Assembly: GCA_951406725.2 (NCBI GenBank)
Contig: OX597838.1
Span: forward strand, 1,426,001 to 1,490,000
Length of the DNA: 64,000 nt
Source of the DNA: Octopus vulgaris
Lineage: Eukaryota
Direction: 5' to 3'
Part shown: piece after piece, positions 1 to 13,725 of the stretch
Numbering within the stretch: position 1 is the stretch's first letter
Layout of the letters: each line of letters begins with the position of its first letter
Program-made: the position numbers and the translations under genes
Notes under the pieces: generated by a model
Seen by the model: the letters and a program-made list of their open reading frames with translations, nothing else
Told to the model about the DNA's origin: nothing
The model's database searches: none

Positions 1-996
1 TCTTTGCTCCCTTCTTTCTTCCTCTTTTTCTCTTTATCTCCTTTTCTTTTGTCGGTCTTCTCTCTCACGCATACTCACCTGTACACACACACGCACACAC
101 ACACATCCCACGCATACCTGGATACCAACAAACATAGAGTCGCCCCCACATACAAACAGACGTCATGGATACCCAGCCAGCCACCCACAAATACTCTTAT
201 ATACACTAATAGACATAACATTTACATGTGTTTACCACAACACACACACACACACCCACCCACCCACGTACACACTTCTACAGGCGAATATTCTATCCCA
301 CACATTTATACACCCACTCAACGCCCTCACACGTCCTCCAATCCTTACACACATACACCGTTACACATATTAAAGACAACACAAATGCACAGACCTACAA
401 CTCATTCACAAATTCGCTGACGTACTACATACATTCTCTGCTAAAGCGAGAATTTACGTTCTTGATCAAATATACCCACCTACACTCCTTCCCATACACA
501 CAAACGCACGTATACGCAAATGAACTTGACATACATACATACATACATACATACATACACACACACATACATACATACATACATATACACATACATACAC
601 ACACACACATATATATACATACACCAATAGATTCATACATATACAATCACACACAAGAACGCACACACACACACACATACACAGACACACACAAGATGTC
701 TCGTTGGTTTGAAAATGTATATACGCTGCAAATATTTGCTATTGTGTTCATCTGACCTTCTGTTAACATAATGCAAAACATTTCTTTTATATATATACCG
801 TTTAAGCTGCTTGATATATGCACAACAATCTATCAAAACCACTTGCGTCTTTTTTTACCGTGCGTGCGTGTGTATGTATGTATGTATGTATGTATGTATG
901 TATGTATGTATGTATGTATGTATGTATGTATGTATGTATGTATGTATGTATGTATGTATGTGTATATGAATATATATACATATACATACGTACATA

Positions 997-1195
997 CAGG
1001 GTGGCCCGAAAGTAGGCTTACAGTTATCATGCAGCCACTTTAAACTTCTTTTAAAACATTTTATTACATTTAAATTTCTATCTTGTAATCAACTAACTTA
1101 GCATAGAACAATGATTTCATATTTTTTTATAATTAAGATCTAAACTGTTAATATATGAATAAGAAAGAGATAGGTGAACGACTGTAAACCTACTT
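997..1195. mobile_element. Small Tc1/mariner-type MITE remnant
   Basis: Starts TA|CAGGGTGGCCCGAAAGTAGGCTTACAGT. AAGTAGGCTTACAGT (1010-1024) has a 14/15 inverted match ACTGTAAACCTACTT (1181-1195). The outer part of the right TIR is missing. Confidence 0.5.
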
Positions 1196-1420
1196 ATAGA
1201 TTATGAGAGATAATGGTGTCGTGAAGACCCAAATGTGTCAGGTAATATTAAGTGCTACGGACAGACTATAGTTAAGCTCTAGGTTCGGTGTTTATGCGAA
1301 TGAGGAGTCACACGTAGGTCATACATCAGCATGCATATCTATAAAAAAAATTAACAGAATGATATAAAAATGCGAATGAGATAAAAAGGCTGTGAAAGAT
1401 TTCAGAACAATACATATATT

Positions 1421-1451
<31 letters not shown>

Positions 1452-2052
1452 GTATGCATGTATGTATGTATGTATGTATGTATGTATGTATGTATGTATG
1501 TACGTACGTATGTATGTATGTATGTATGTATATATATACATACATACATACATATATATATATATATACATATATACATATATATACATACATACATATA
1601 TACATACATATATATATATACATATATATATATACATATATATACATACATACACACATATTTATATATATGCACACACATATATACATATATATATACT
1701 TAAATACATATATGTATGCATATTTATATATATATACACACACACATATATATATAAATACATATGTATATACATATATACATATTCATATATATGAAAG
1801 TGAAGATAGAATAGAAGTGGGACAAAGTGTTGTTTATGGCATCAAAGCATAAGTCACACCAAAATAAATAATAATTACTCGGATAGCAAGGAGGCAGTCC
1901 ATAGTAAACCTTCATATGGAGGTAGATATCCAGAGATTTCATATGCGAAAATATAACTGAGGAGAAAGATGAAAATTCAAAGTAGTCCTTTACAACTGTT
2001 TCAAGGAATCGATGACAAACAGATGCAGTAATGCGAACTATGAATACATAGA

Positions 2053-2603
2053 TACAAGATCTGATCAAAACTTATCGGGACTGCTGCTATAGAAAGAAGA
2101 TTACAAGACATATAAATTCAGCATTTAGTCTCCTTTGAAGTAGTTCCCTGCTGAAGCCACACACTTTGATCAGCATCATTTCCATTGATGGAAGCATTCC
2201 TGGGACTCCTTTTTAGGATAGCGTGCAGCAGCCTCGACGCATTCTCTTGGGTTTCCTAGACGTCTTCAAATCTCGTTCCTTTCGAGTGAGATTCCTTACA
2301 AGCCTTGGTTTCAGAGTCACAGCCATAGACCCATGACTCGTCATCTGTTATGAGTATTTTCAAAAAGTTTTCGTCTTTCTCGACTCAATCAAGGACATCC
2401 AGCACAGCTGAAACCCGATCTTTATTTTGGGACGACCGCACTCTACACACTTTACTTTCAAACACTGCTATAAACAACCGAAGTGAGTGAGAATGTTCTA
2501 AGTGCGCATGCGCGACAGAATTCAAGGTCAGTGTGTCAAGCGGCTTCACTCTGCGTACTTTAGCTGCGTTGCCATAGCAACAGTCTTGATACTTTTGGTG
2601 CTA
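2053..2603 (-). mobile_element. Internally deleted mariner transposon (degenerate)
   Basis: Minus strand gives FLKILITDDESWVYGCDSETK (~2305-2368, first catalytic D motif, ITGDETW-like), KGTRFEDV*ETQENASRLLHAI and QECFHQWK*C*SKCVASAGNYFKGD* (mariner C-terminus). Degenerate TIRs at ~2053-2092 and ~2572-2600. Confidence 0.85.
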
Positions 2604-3984
2604 ATAAGTAACATATGAAATAAGTCAATTTAAGCCTGGACAAAAATCTAGCAGTCGATGATATTCTTCCATTTCCTTCCCTCTCTATCTTTATATATAC
2701 TTGAAAGACTAATTAAAAACAAGTAGCTGCTCTTGATTAATAGCATCAAGTCAGGATTAGATAGCAATCGTAAAAGTATATATTACATTAAATTCTGTTC
2801 CGCATTGTAAAAAGTTTTTTAGCATCTTGTGTGGATTATGAAATTCGTAGTTAAAATGAACGAGTTAATTTGAATATGGAAGTTTTTTAAATGGGTCTCG
2901 TTCGTGTATGTCGAGGAAGGGTATTCACTTGTCTGATCATTTGAATAATCTGCTCTGCGACTTAACCTGCGAATTTGTTGAGTATTATGAAAGTGCGACA
3001 AGATTAAATTTTTGAATTACAAGCTTAATCTATTCAACGAGCTTCATTTTCTAATTACAGATAAAAACATTTAAATTAGATGCAAGAATTGAATGTAAAG
3101 TTGTAGAAGGATTTTGGTAAAGTAGTTGATGGTGGGTGCGACCGAGGTATTGGTAGCAACGCCATCTTAAAAGTATGGGTAGTTGCCCGTGTCCCTCACG
3201 GGCCTAGAGGCACAATTTTAATATATGTTGTGGTCTGCTGTCAATAAGTAAATACAAAAGGAGCCAGTGTATTACCTTGCCCCGGGGCCTATAATGCTGC
3301 CAACACATTCCTTGTTAGTATAATTACAATGCAAATATAGAGAGAAGTGATATAGTTAGAAAAAATTTAGAGTATGCAAAGCAATATCCCGGTGTTTGGC
3401 AGAAAGACATTGACAGGTAAACCAATAAAATCCAATCAAACATAACGAAACGGCTTTGTATCTGATCGTATCCAGCTCTGCATTTATAGATAGTAATGCA
3501 TGGTCAATATTGACCGACAGAGGCCCTTAAAACCCCGACTTAGATCTAATATATTTTTTTAATGTGTTATTTCTCTACAGCTGACTTCAATCTTTACCAT
3601 ATTTCTAGTTTTTGATTATTTACCTACTTTTTTATATTACTATGCTTTACTTCCCAACGTTTCTCTCCGTACCCTAATATTATTCTCTAGTGAACTTCTG
3701 TTCCTTTTCACAACCTTACCTGTAGGTTTACTTACCTATAATTACTTCATCCTTTACATCTTCTTTCTCCTTAAGTCTACTCATTTTCACATTAGAAATA
3801 TTGTTTTTTAGAACCCTATTTCCTCATTTTAACGTTACTACACAACTTATTATTATAGCTTCTCCAGTAGGATTCTCGGCATAAATTTTTACATTTTGTA
3901 TTATTTTTAATCCGACGCCTTCCAACTCCTAATACCCAGGTAGACGTCCATTTAACTGTTTCTCTTTGGTTATAGTTATCTGCT

Positions 3985-4146
3985 TTCTTCTTCTTCTTCT
4001 TCTTCTTCTTCTTCTTCTTCTTCTTCTTCTTCTTCTTCTTCTTCTTCTTCTTCTTCTTCTTCTTCTTCTTCTTCTTCTTCTTCTTCTTCTTCTTCTTCTT
4101 CTTCTTCTTCGTCTTCTTCTTCTTCTTCTTCTCCTCCTCCTCCTCC
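3985..4146. repeat. (TTC)n microsatellite grading into (CTC)n
   Basis: Directly visible. It produces the poly-K, poly-R and poly-L ORFs. Confidence 0.97.
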
Positions 4147-4861
4147 TTCTTCTCATTCTTTTTCTTCCCCACTCTTAGACGCATCCCTTCCAACACATGA
4201 CCGATCAGTCAATACTGGAGTCCATTTTCTCTACAAGTGTAGACATTCTTCTTTGATTGTCTCATTAACGTATTTGCTTTATAAATCATTGATTACTGCA
4301 TCATGTTAATTAATACTGTTAACATTATATTAATACTATATTAACTGATACTATTCAAAGTATGTTTAAATCCTCCTTTTTCCCGCAAATAACATGTATA
4401 TATTTGTGCCTCTTTATTCTATTGCTAGTGAAACACGTCATTAGTTAGCCTCTCCATTCGTATATCTTTGCCAATTGGCTTCTAAATCATTTTTGTCTCA
4501 GTATCTAACTTTAGGTTTTATGTACTTTTATAGTCATGCATCCTTTCTGAATCACCACATTTCCTCCACCTTTTGTACTTCCTTCGCACACTGAATTTAT
4601 AATTTCTTCACTCAGCTTTACAACATCCTGTTTTCAAACAGACCATCCTATGACACCATCCCATCCTATGAGACCATCCCATCAACAGTACTAGAGGCAT
4701 TTTTCCATTGAAAAATTTGTAGTGTGAAACATATGGCCATATGTAACTAATCATTCTAATTTTATGCAATATGCCTACAGATATATATATATACATACAC
4801 ATACACATGTATACACATACCTGAATCTATATATTCATGCATGTGTGTATGTATCTGTATG

Positions 4862-4895
<34 letters not shown>

Positions 4896-5229
4896 TACAT
4901 GTACGCACATATACACATAAATGTATATAATGGCACCTTTCAGAATTACATTAGCATTCATTCATTTTTTTACTCATGTTTTCTCTAAGCTAATTTTCTA
5001 TATAAATTATTCAGAAGTTGTCATGTGACTAGAGACTTTATTTCAGAGTTATTGTAGTTACGAAAATTATATTTGATTTGTAGTTTTGTAATATAAATGT
5101 AATTATGGACATTTTATTCTGCTTGTGTTTACGAAAATTGTCACATTTTATGTGAGTCGTTAACTGCAGGGGAATATTAATGGTTAAAACGCTTCTATGC
5201 CTCCTCAAATGTTAACAGAACTTCGTACG

Positions 5230-5345
5230 GGTGGCTCAGACATGGCCGTGTGGTTAAATGTTTTGAATGGAAATTATGTGGAACCGGATTCGATGTCACT
5301 GTGTGAGACATGGAATAAGTGTCTCCAACTCCCAACCGCTGGTAG
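5230..5345 (+). mobile_element. Old degenerate tRNA-derived SINE head (family A-like)
   Basis: TGGCCGTGTGG A-box, GGATTCGATGTC B-box-like, then GAATAAGTGTCT resembling the family A core. Confidence 0.45.
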
Positions 5346-5730
5346 ACTCAATCCATGACAGGCATAGTGTGGAATCAAGGCGAAGTGGCCGTTCCTGCTT
5401 TTGGTAGTAGGCTTTTCACCACCACCACCACCACCGCCGCCGCCGCGCTCATACTCACACGCATGCATGCGCGCGCGTATGTGTATGAATGGAGACAGTT
5501 TTAAGCAATAGTTTTGCCGCTATTTTCTTTCGACGTTTCGTTGCTGCTGGACTCCATCTGATTGTCTATTGGAAAAACTTCGAAGTCACTATCAATCTTT
5601 TCTGAAATAATCTGTGTATTTTACATATGCGTTTCTTTTTAATATTTAATTGATTTTGTCTCTGGTTAGATATAAAGCGCACCCAGAAGTATACATGTGT
5701 ATGTGTGGATGTATGTTTGTATGTATGTAA

Positions 5731-5810
<80 letters not shown>

Positions 5811-6985
5811 ATGTAGTTTCTTTATCTGATAAAATAATTGTTCTGGGTGTTTTTAAGAAATGTAATGATGAATATTTTCATCTATGTCTTTGGTGCGCCT
5901 TTCCTTCTTCCTCTCCATTTCTCTTCATTTGTCTATCTTCCTAACTATTCACCAATTTACTTCTGACGTCTTCTATTTGTAATTATTTATTTATATTCAG
6001 CTTTTCACACACCACGCACGCGCACGCACGCACGCATAGACAAAGACAAAACAAAGAAACCAAATATATTCTATTTAATCTTAATTTTCATTTATTCCAT
6101 CAGCCATAATTGTTTTGTATATCTTTGCTTTTGTCCATTCTATTGGTTAAAGTTTAGTTCAACTCGCTTCTTCATTATATGTGATGTCGAAAGAAATATC
6201 GGATAAAAATTTTCACAATTCAAAAACAGGTGAAGACGAAATAAATAATACAAAAAGCTGAGAAAATTTTGAAAAGATTATTCGAAGAAGCAAAATAGAA
6301 AAAAAAGGGAGAAAAAACAAAGCCGAGTGTATGATACAAAAATGAATCTATAAGAGGAGGAAATTAAATTACTGCACGAAAATGTAGAGGGAGCCACTTA
6401 GGCGATTCAGTACTAAGGGGAGGTAATATAGACGTTTCCGATCGCTTTTGCAAAGCAGATATTGAAAAAAACTTTGTTTTCAGCCATAAGGTGGATCCTT
6501 TGTCTGATGATGCTCACAACACACACATTCGCGCGCGCACACACACACACAGATTCATAAACACTCTCACAGATTCGTACGTACTCTTGGTTATTTGCTA
6601 TTTGCATACTTGCTTAGACGTGCGTCTGTGCACGTATACATATGCACATGCATTCGTATGTTCATATGTACATATAAACATATGTACATATACGCAGTCA
6701 TAGATATATGAATACATACAAACATACATACGTACATACGTACACACATACATACATATATACATACATACATAAACGCATATATACATACGTACATACA
6801 TAAACGCATACATACATACATACATTTTATACATACAAGTGGGTATGAATGTTTATCATATCAAATTATTAAATTCTAAATTAATGTTGACAATAAAACG
6901 TATTGTAGTGTTTCTTCTATAACATCTGCATACGGGTAGTGTGTGTGTATGTATGCCTGTGTCTATGTATGTGAATATATATATC

Positions 6986-7061
<76 letters not shown>

Positions 7062-7076
7062 TACATACATATACAC

Positions 7077-7129
<53 letters not shown>

Positions 7130-7559
7130 TATCTATCTAACTTTTGTCGAACAAAAGATGGAGTCTTCCAAAAAGAAGCGGCGGAAATTCGACAATCGAT
7201 CTCTCCGATTTGAGCATCAAAGCTGATATTAAAGAAAACATCCGTACAAAGCCACACAATGTGGGATGTTATTGGGAGCTTGCAAACTTAGCTGAAGTTA
7301 AAACTGAATCCAGTTTCATTAAGAAATCCACTGAATTTGCCACGTATGATGTACTTTCTAGTGTTGTATCCGGAAAGAATAAATACATAAGAAAGTCATC
7401 AAGCGACAGACGTTTGCTGACGACTCTGTTTACTCTTCAAAAATGTTCTCCGCTTCAATCGACTGGGCTCCTAACCCGAACTAGTAAGAGCGACCTTCTC
7501 GAGTCGCACCGCTACACGCACCTACTTTTATTCTATAACATATGTTCAATTTACTCCTC

Positions 7560-7970
7560 TACTCTTACGATACAACCTCAAGCAACTATGCTCCCGTGCT
7601 CTTGTTGGTGTTACTTATTAATTTCTCAAACAAGGAAAACTCTTCTTACTGCATCCACTTTTGATCCTATTCCAATCTCGCTTTAATAAATGTGTTCCCT
7701 CAGAATAATGGAAAATTGCCAGTGTTCTTCCTCTGTTTAAAAAAGGTGCCGTCACATTATTTGTCATGTGCCACACAAAAGACTTTTTTATTATCGGTCG
7801 AAATGAGGTACTCACGATACTAGGACAGCATTCTGTACTGCATGGGAGAACAAGTGGTGCCCTGCTTGAACCTGTCCTTGTTCCATTGTTGTTTTGTTGC
7901 GTACATCAACTCAGTAGCTACTAACTTGAAACATTTTAATGTGTTAATATACGCAGACGACATTAAGCAT
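7560..7970 (+). mobile_element. CR1/Jockey-group LINE reverse transcriptase fragment (pseudogenic)
   Basis: LLILFQSRFNKCVPSE*WKIASVLPLFKKG (~7660-7747) and FVAYINSVATNLKHFNVLIYADDIK (~7893-7967, YADD motif), with stops and deletions. Confidence 0.8.
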
Positions 7971-8029
7971 GTTGCGAGCGCAAGTAATAATCCGGAACAA
8001 GTAATTATCCGAGGGATAGATTTTCCCCG

Positions 8030-9102
8030 TAATCCTAATGAGCATAAGCAGTGGTTAAGCAAGGGCCAGCTTCTGGAATCTGTCGCCAAACATGGGCGTT
8101 TTGAACATAAGGCGATGCTTTGCGTTTGGTGGAATTATGAGGAGATAACTCACTACGATTTCGTTCCCAACGGTCGAACCCTCAACGCCCATCTCTACCC
8201 CGAACAATTGGAGCGGATGTATGCGATTGTGCGGCAAAATACCCGGCAATAGTTAACAGAAAGCGAGCAATTCTGCAGCAAGACAGACTGACCTCATGCC
8301 GCTTGAACGACCCGGAGTAAACTCCAGGTACTTGAAGTAATCGAACTGATGTCACGCAGAGAATGTAGTCCGGGCCGAGTTTACTCGGATTATTACTTGT
8401 TCCATTTCCTCGCTCACTTTCTGTGCTCTCGAACCTTCATCAATTTAGGAAAGGTGGAATCTTCAGTGAAGGAGTTCTTCACCTAGAAGGACAAGAACTG
8501 GTGTCAGTGTGCCATCAATGAAATAGCAGAAAGGTGGCTTTAGATGGTGCAACATGATGGCCTCTACTTTGAATGCTAGGCTGCTTTTGTTGTAACTTGA
8601 CGAATAAAGTATATAAGTTACGAAAATATTCTTTTCTACTATAGGCACAAGGTCCGAAATTGTTGGGGAGGAGGCCAGTGGATTAGATCGACCGCAGTAC
8701 ACAACTGGTACTTAATTTATCGACTCCTAAAGGATGAAAGGCAAAGTCGACCTCGGCTGAATTTGAACTCAGAACGTAAAGACAGGCGAAATACCGCTAA
8801 GCATTTCGCCCGGCGTGCTAACGTTTCTTATTTCTTTATTGTCCACAAGGGGCTAAATACAGAGGGAACAAACAAGGACAGGCAAAACGATTAAGTTGAT
8901 TACATCGACCCCAGTGCGTAACTGGTACTTACTTTATTGATCCGGAAAGGATGGAAGTCAAAGTCGATCTCGGCGGAATTTGAACTTAGAACGTAACAGC
9001 AAACGAAATACAGCTAAGCATTTCGCCCGGCGTGCTAACGTTTCTGCCAGCTCACTACCTCAAGTTACGAAAATATTGCAAAAGCTTCGACTCACCACAA
9101 TA
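8030..9102 (+). mobile_element. Mariner (DD34D-type) transposase C-terminal half plus right terminus, interrupted by a SINE dimer
   Basis: KQWLSKGQ..KAMLCVWWNYEEITHYDFVPNGRTLNAHLY..QLERM, ILQQD, ECSPGRVYSDYYLFHFLAHFL (YSPDLAPSDY-like) and ERWL*MVQHDGLYFEC*. TIR-like end GCAAAAGCTTCGACTCACCACAA-TA at 9078-9102. Confidence 0.88.
8631..9061 (-). mobile_element. Tandem dimer of family B tRNA-derived SINEs
   Basis: Two copies of AGAAACGTTAGCACGCCGGGCGAAATGCTTAGC..GTTCAAATTC..GTCGAC..AAGTACCAGTT on the minus strand with different 3' tails. Flanked by the 16-bp direct repeat AAGTTACGAAAATATT (8615-8630, 9062-9077). Confidence 0.9.
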
Positions 9103-9107
9103 TATAC

Positions 9108-9270
9108 AACGGGCTTCTTTCGGTTTCCGTCTAACAAATCCATTCATAAGGCTTTGATCAACCCAAAGCTAAACTAGAAGGGACTTGCACAAGGTGCAAG
9201 GCAATGAGACTTAAATAGAAAGCATGTGGTTGAGAAACAAACTTCTTATCACACAACCACACAACCATAT
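9108..9270 (-). mobile_element. Family A SINE, 5' half, diverged
   Basis: Reverse complement matches the 31136-31290 copy (GACGGAAACCGAAAGAAGCCCG, CACCTTGTGCAAGT). Confidence 0.8.
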
Positions 9271-9507
9271 AAATGGAGAACATGAGCGAGCTGTACTCAA
9301 TAACTGAAATGTCAAATATTCTTGGAAGTTTAAAATTTAGCAGCAAACGGTTATTTCGGGTTTCACTTTACTGATATTCAGAAGAGAAGATCGGTACGTT
9401 ACTAGGTATCTCGGAGTAACGAATTGCGAATTTTTTATCTGTAATACTATCTGATATGGATACGCCCACGCACACATCCTCAAGCACATATGCCAAATTT
9501 ATATATC

Positions 9508-9660
9508 AGGTGTCGCTGGGTGGTAAGAATCTTGCTTCCCAACCATATGGTTCCGGGTTCAGTGTCTTCTACTATTGCCTCGCTTTGTGAGTAGATTTGC
9601 TAGAAGGAAACTGAAAGAAGCCCGTCGTATATATATATTACTTGAAACAAGTAAAAAAAT
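9508..9660 (+). mobile_element. Family A SINE, internally deleted
   Basis: GGTAAGAATCTTGCTTCCCAACCATATGGTTCCGGGTTCAGT..GGAAACTGAAAGAAGCCCGTCG, then (TA)n and the 3' end GAAACAAGTAAAA. Confidence 0.85.
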
Positions 9661-9675
9661 ACGCTTATATATATA

Positions 9676-9707
<32 letters not shown>

Positions 9708-9764
9708 TCATATATATATATATACTCATATACATATGTGTGTATACATATACATATGTTTATA

Positions 9765-9813
<49 letters not shown>

Positions 9814-9856
9814 GCATATATATACGCATATATATACACATATGTATATGAGTATA

Positions 9857-9940
<84 letters not shown>

Positions 9941-10483
9941 CCTTCTTGAGTCTGTTCGTCTTTGTTCACTTGTGTTCAGTCAGCCATGAAGTCATGAATG
10001 GTGAAACAAACTCCAGTGTTTCTCTGTTTACAGAATTAATTCCAAAACTCCTTGTCACAATCAATAATTTCAAAGGGTCACTACACTTGAGACAACACTT
10101 AAACCGAAAGGAACAATTTCTCTCCTTTGTTTTCCTCTCGTTATTGTCGTCGTCGTCGTCGTTGATGTTGTGGCTCGTGTTTTTGTTGTTGTTTCTGTTA
10201 ATACGATTTTCGTGCTTTCTTCTTCTTAATATCATCATCATCATCATCATCGTCGTCGTCGTTGTAATCATCATCATCGTCATCGCCATCGTCGACGTCA
10301 TCGTCATTATCATCAACGTCACCATCGTTTGTATGTTCAGAATTATAAAAAAAAAAAGCAAAAAAAAGGAAAAAATCAGAAATCGAAAACAAACGAATTA
10401 AAACATAAAAAGACCAAGATGGCAGTGAAGGTTATTGACAGAATGTAAGGGCCAAAGGTAGATAGTGCGTGTATGAGTGTGTG

Positions 10484-10554
<71 letters not shown>

Positions 10555-10620
10555 ACACACACAGACGCGCATAGTGTATATACATATATACATATATATA
10601 TATATTCAAATGCATATATG

Positions 10621-10670
<50 letters not shown>

Positions 10671-11055
10671 TATATATACATATGCATATACACACATACT
10701 AACACACACACATACATATGTGGGTGTGTGTGTATATAAATAATAGACAAATGCCCATACACCTATACAACTAGTTGTGTGTGCGTATATATATGAGATA
10801 TATATATATATATTTACAAATATATATATATATACGTACATGCCTGCATATATATATTAGTGTGTTTGCTTGTGTGCGTGCGGTTTCAATAACGCAGAAT
10901 TCGGTAAAAAAGAGTTAAAATGATTTGAATGCTGTGGAGCTTTGTATGGCTGCTGTCCAATGACTGACACACTGACACAAGTAAAAGAGCAAAAGTTGTC
11001 TACGTGTGTGCCAGTGTGTGTTTGCATATACAAATATATATACATTTATGTATAA

Positions 11056-11117
<62 letters not shown>

Positions 11118-11637
11118 GATACACAGACACATATAATATAAACTTGTTTTTGATATATAAAACTGCATCCACCCACTTCTGCCAACCCAGAATACCCTAC
11201 CTCGAGGACAGATTGTCAGAGATGCTATTTAACTGTAACTATACATCAGTGTTAATTGAATTGACGTTGACAAGAAATATTCTTCATTGATGTCCCCCCC
11301 CCACCCAGCTCTCTTCTTTTTCATCTTCTTTTGGTGATGTTTCTCTTTTTCGCACTCTCCCTGTTGTTTATTGTTGTTGTTGTTGTTTTATTGAGAAACA
11401 ACAAAAGAAAACAAATATGGAAAATTTAAAGACAGAACATAAGCAACATAATGATAGTGAATAATAATAATAATAATAAACAATAATAATAATAATAATA
11501 AACAATAATAATAATAATAATAATAATAATGATAAACAATAATAAATGAATGAATAAGTAAACAACATCAATTCCTCACCAATGCCACAAGAATGTTTTA
11601 GGGATAAACATATATACACACATACACACACGTACAC

Positions 11638-11694
<57 letters not shown>

Positions 11695-11775
11695 CATATA
11701 CATACTAACATGTATACATAAACATTCACACACACATTCACACATAAATACACCATATATCAATATATCTATGCA

Positions 11776-11821
<46 letters not shown>

Positions 11822-12427
11822 AATGTATGTATGTATGTGTGTGTGCGTATATATATATGTGTGTGTGTGTGTGTATATGTATATGTGTATGTGTGAATGT
11901 ATATAAATATATATATATATAAATATGTGTGTGTATATGTTTTATATATATGTATATATGTATATATATATATATATATATGTACACACACACATGTATA
12001 TATATATGCATGTGTGCCAGCTCACAGTTTCTACTGCATGGATTTGTTAAAAATGTAATTTTTAAGAAAAGTAAGATTGTCCTCGAGAGGCAGTTAACCA
12101 ACTTCTCTTCGCAGTGATTGCACTACGGAGGAATTTGGATATTATAATTTATATGCTTTACAAATATTCCCATGGATAATCACACATTTAGAAGTTGAAT
12201 AATTTTCATTAAATTAAAAAGAAAAATTAGATATTAATTTGACATTAATTTGACCATCATCGAGTGTAGAACATCACTTTCATTAGACTTTACCCCGCTT
12301 TTAGTACGTTTACTTGGTGAACTTTCTGGAGCCCTACCTCTAAGTAAGTGTTTGAGAGAGTGTGTGTGTGCGTGTGCATGCGTGTGCATGTGCATGTGCA
12401 TGTGTGTGTATGTACGTATATACATAC

Positions 12428-12475
<48 letters not shown>

Positions 12476-12905
12476 CATACTTACATATATATATATATAT
12501 ATTTGTGTGTGTGTGTGTGTGTGTGTATAAGAGTGTAAACAAGAGATTGGATTGAGCGAACACGCTTTATATTGCATAATACTACAATTGTTTCTTCTCC
12601 ACTATACCAGCTGACGGAATACCCAACTTATAGAGTCTTTGCTCAATGCAATGCTCCAATAGCTGTGATATCCCAGAAACAGCTGTCAGAGACTACCTTT
12701 ACCACTTCATACTATTTTTACTATTCGTTACATAGCTAAATGTTTAGATTGAATGAAATGAAATCAAATGTCCTTGTCCTGCCTTGCCTTTCCACACTAC
12801 TTTAACCTATACATATATATACACGCATATACATACACACGCACACACACACATACACACACATATACTTACACACACACATATGCATATATTCATACAT
12901 ATGTA

Positions 12906-13084
12906 GGCGTAGGCATAGTTGTGTAGTAAGAAGTTTGTTTCCCAGCCACAAGGTTGCGGGTTCAGCCCCACTATATGGCCCTTTGGGCAAGTGTCTTCTA
13001 CTTTGGCTCCGCATTGAGCAAAAAGTTGTGAATTTTTCTTTGGTTGATGGAACGGAGAAAAACTCGACGTGTATGTGTGTGTGT

Positions 13085-13120
<36 letters not shown>

Positions 13121-13310
13121 CCCATTGCCACTTGACAACCGGTGGTGTCTCTTTTACGACTACCTCTATGATTTAGAGGTTCGACAAAATAGATCGATAG
13201 AATAAGCACCAGACTTCAAATAGGTATTGAGTTCGATTTCTTGGACTAGAACAGCTTCAAGCTGGTGTCTCAGTATGGCTGCCGTCCAATGACTTAAACA
13301 AGTAAAGGAC
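12906..13310 (+). mobile_element. Family A tRNA-derived SINE, full length, with internal (TG)n
   Basis: Colinear with 31136-31513: head, TTGGGCAAGTGTCTTCTACT core, internal microsatellite, and GATAGAATAAG..AATGACTTAAACAAGTAAA tail. Confidence 0.85.
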
Positions 13311-13477
13311 ATATACTGTCTCTCTCTTTCTCTCTCACACACACATATACACACCCGTACCCACACACTTCACTCCCCTACATTACTCTGATCTGTACTC
13401 TATACTAGAGAGTAGAGTTCACTCTACTACTCTATCCGTCAGTGCAATATACATAGACATATTCTTGGATAGGATTA

Positions 13478-13725
13478 AGTTCCTTCTCGAGTCATGTTGA
13501 CTCATAAGGGCCGGTTTTCCGGTTTCCATGGGGTACATATTTTCCACCTGGACGGGACGCCGGTCCCTCACAGGATTAACTCATTTTTGCCTGCTGAGTG
13601 GAGTAGAGCAACGTGAAATGAAGTGTCTTGGTGAAGAACACATCGCATCGCCCGGTCCAGGTATCGAAACCACTATCTTACGATCGGGAATCCAACACGT
13701 TAACCACTAAGCTACGCTGTTCCAC
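13478..13725 (-). mobile_element. Family D tRNA-derived SINE (CORE-like domain plus V-domain-like 3' part)
   Basis: Minus strand has A-box TAGCTTAGTGG, B-box GTTTCGATACC, GTGTTCTTCACCAAGACACTTCATTTCACGTTGCTC core, then GGACCGGCGTCCCGTCCAGGTGG. Confidence 0.85.

Noticed and set aside
7842-8252. Apparent RT (YADD)-mariner transposase fusion ORF
   Set aside because: Chance in-frame juxtaposition of two decayed fragments, both with stops or frameshifts nearby and missing most domains.
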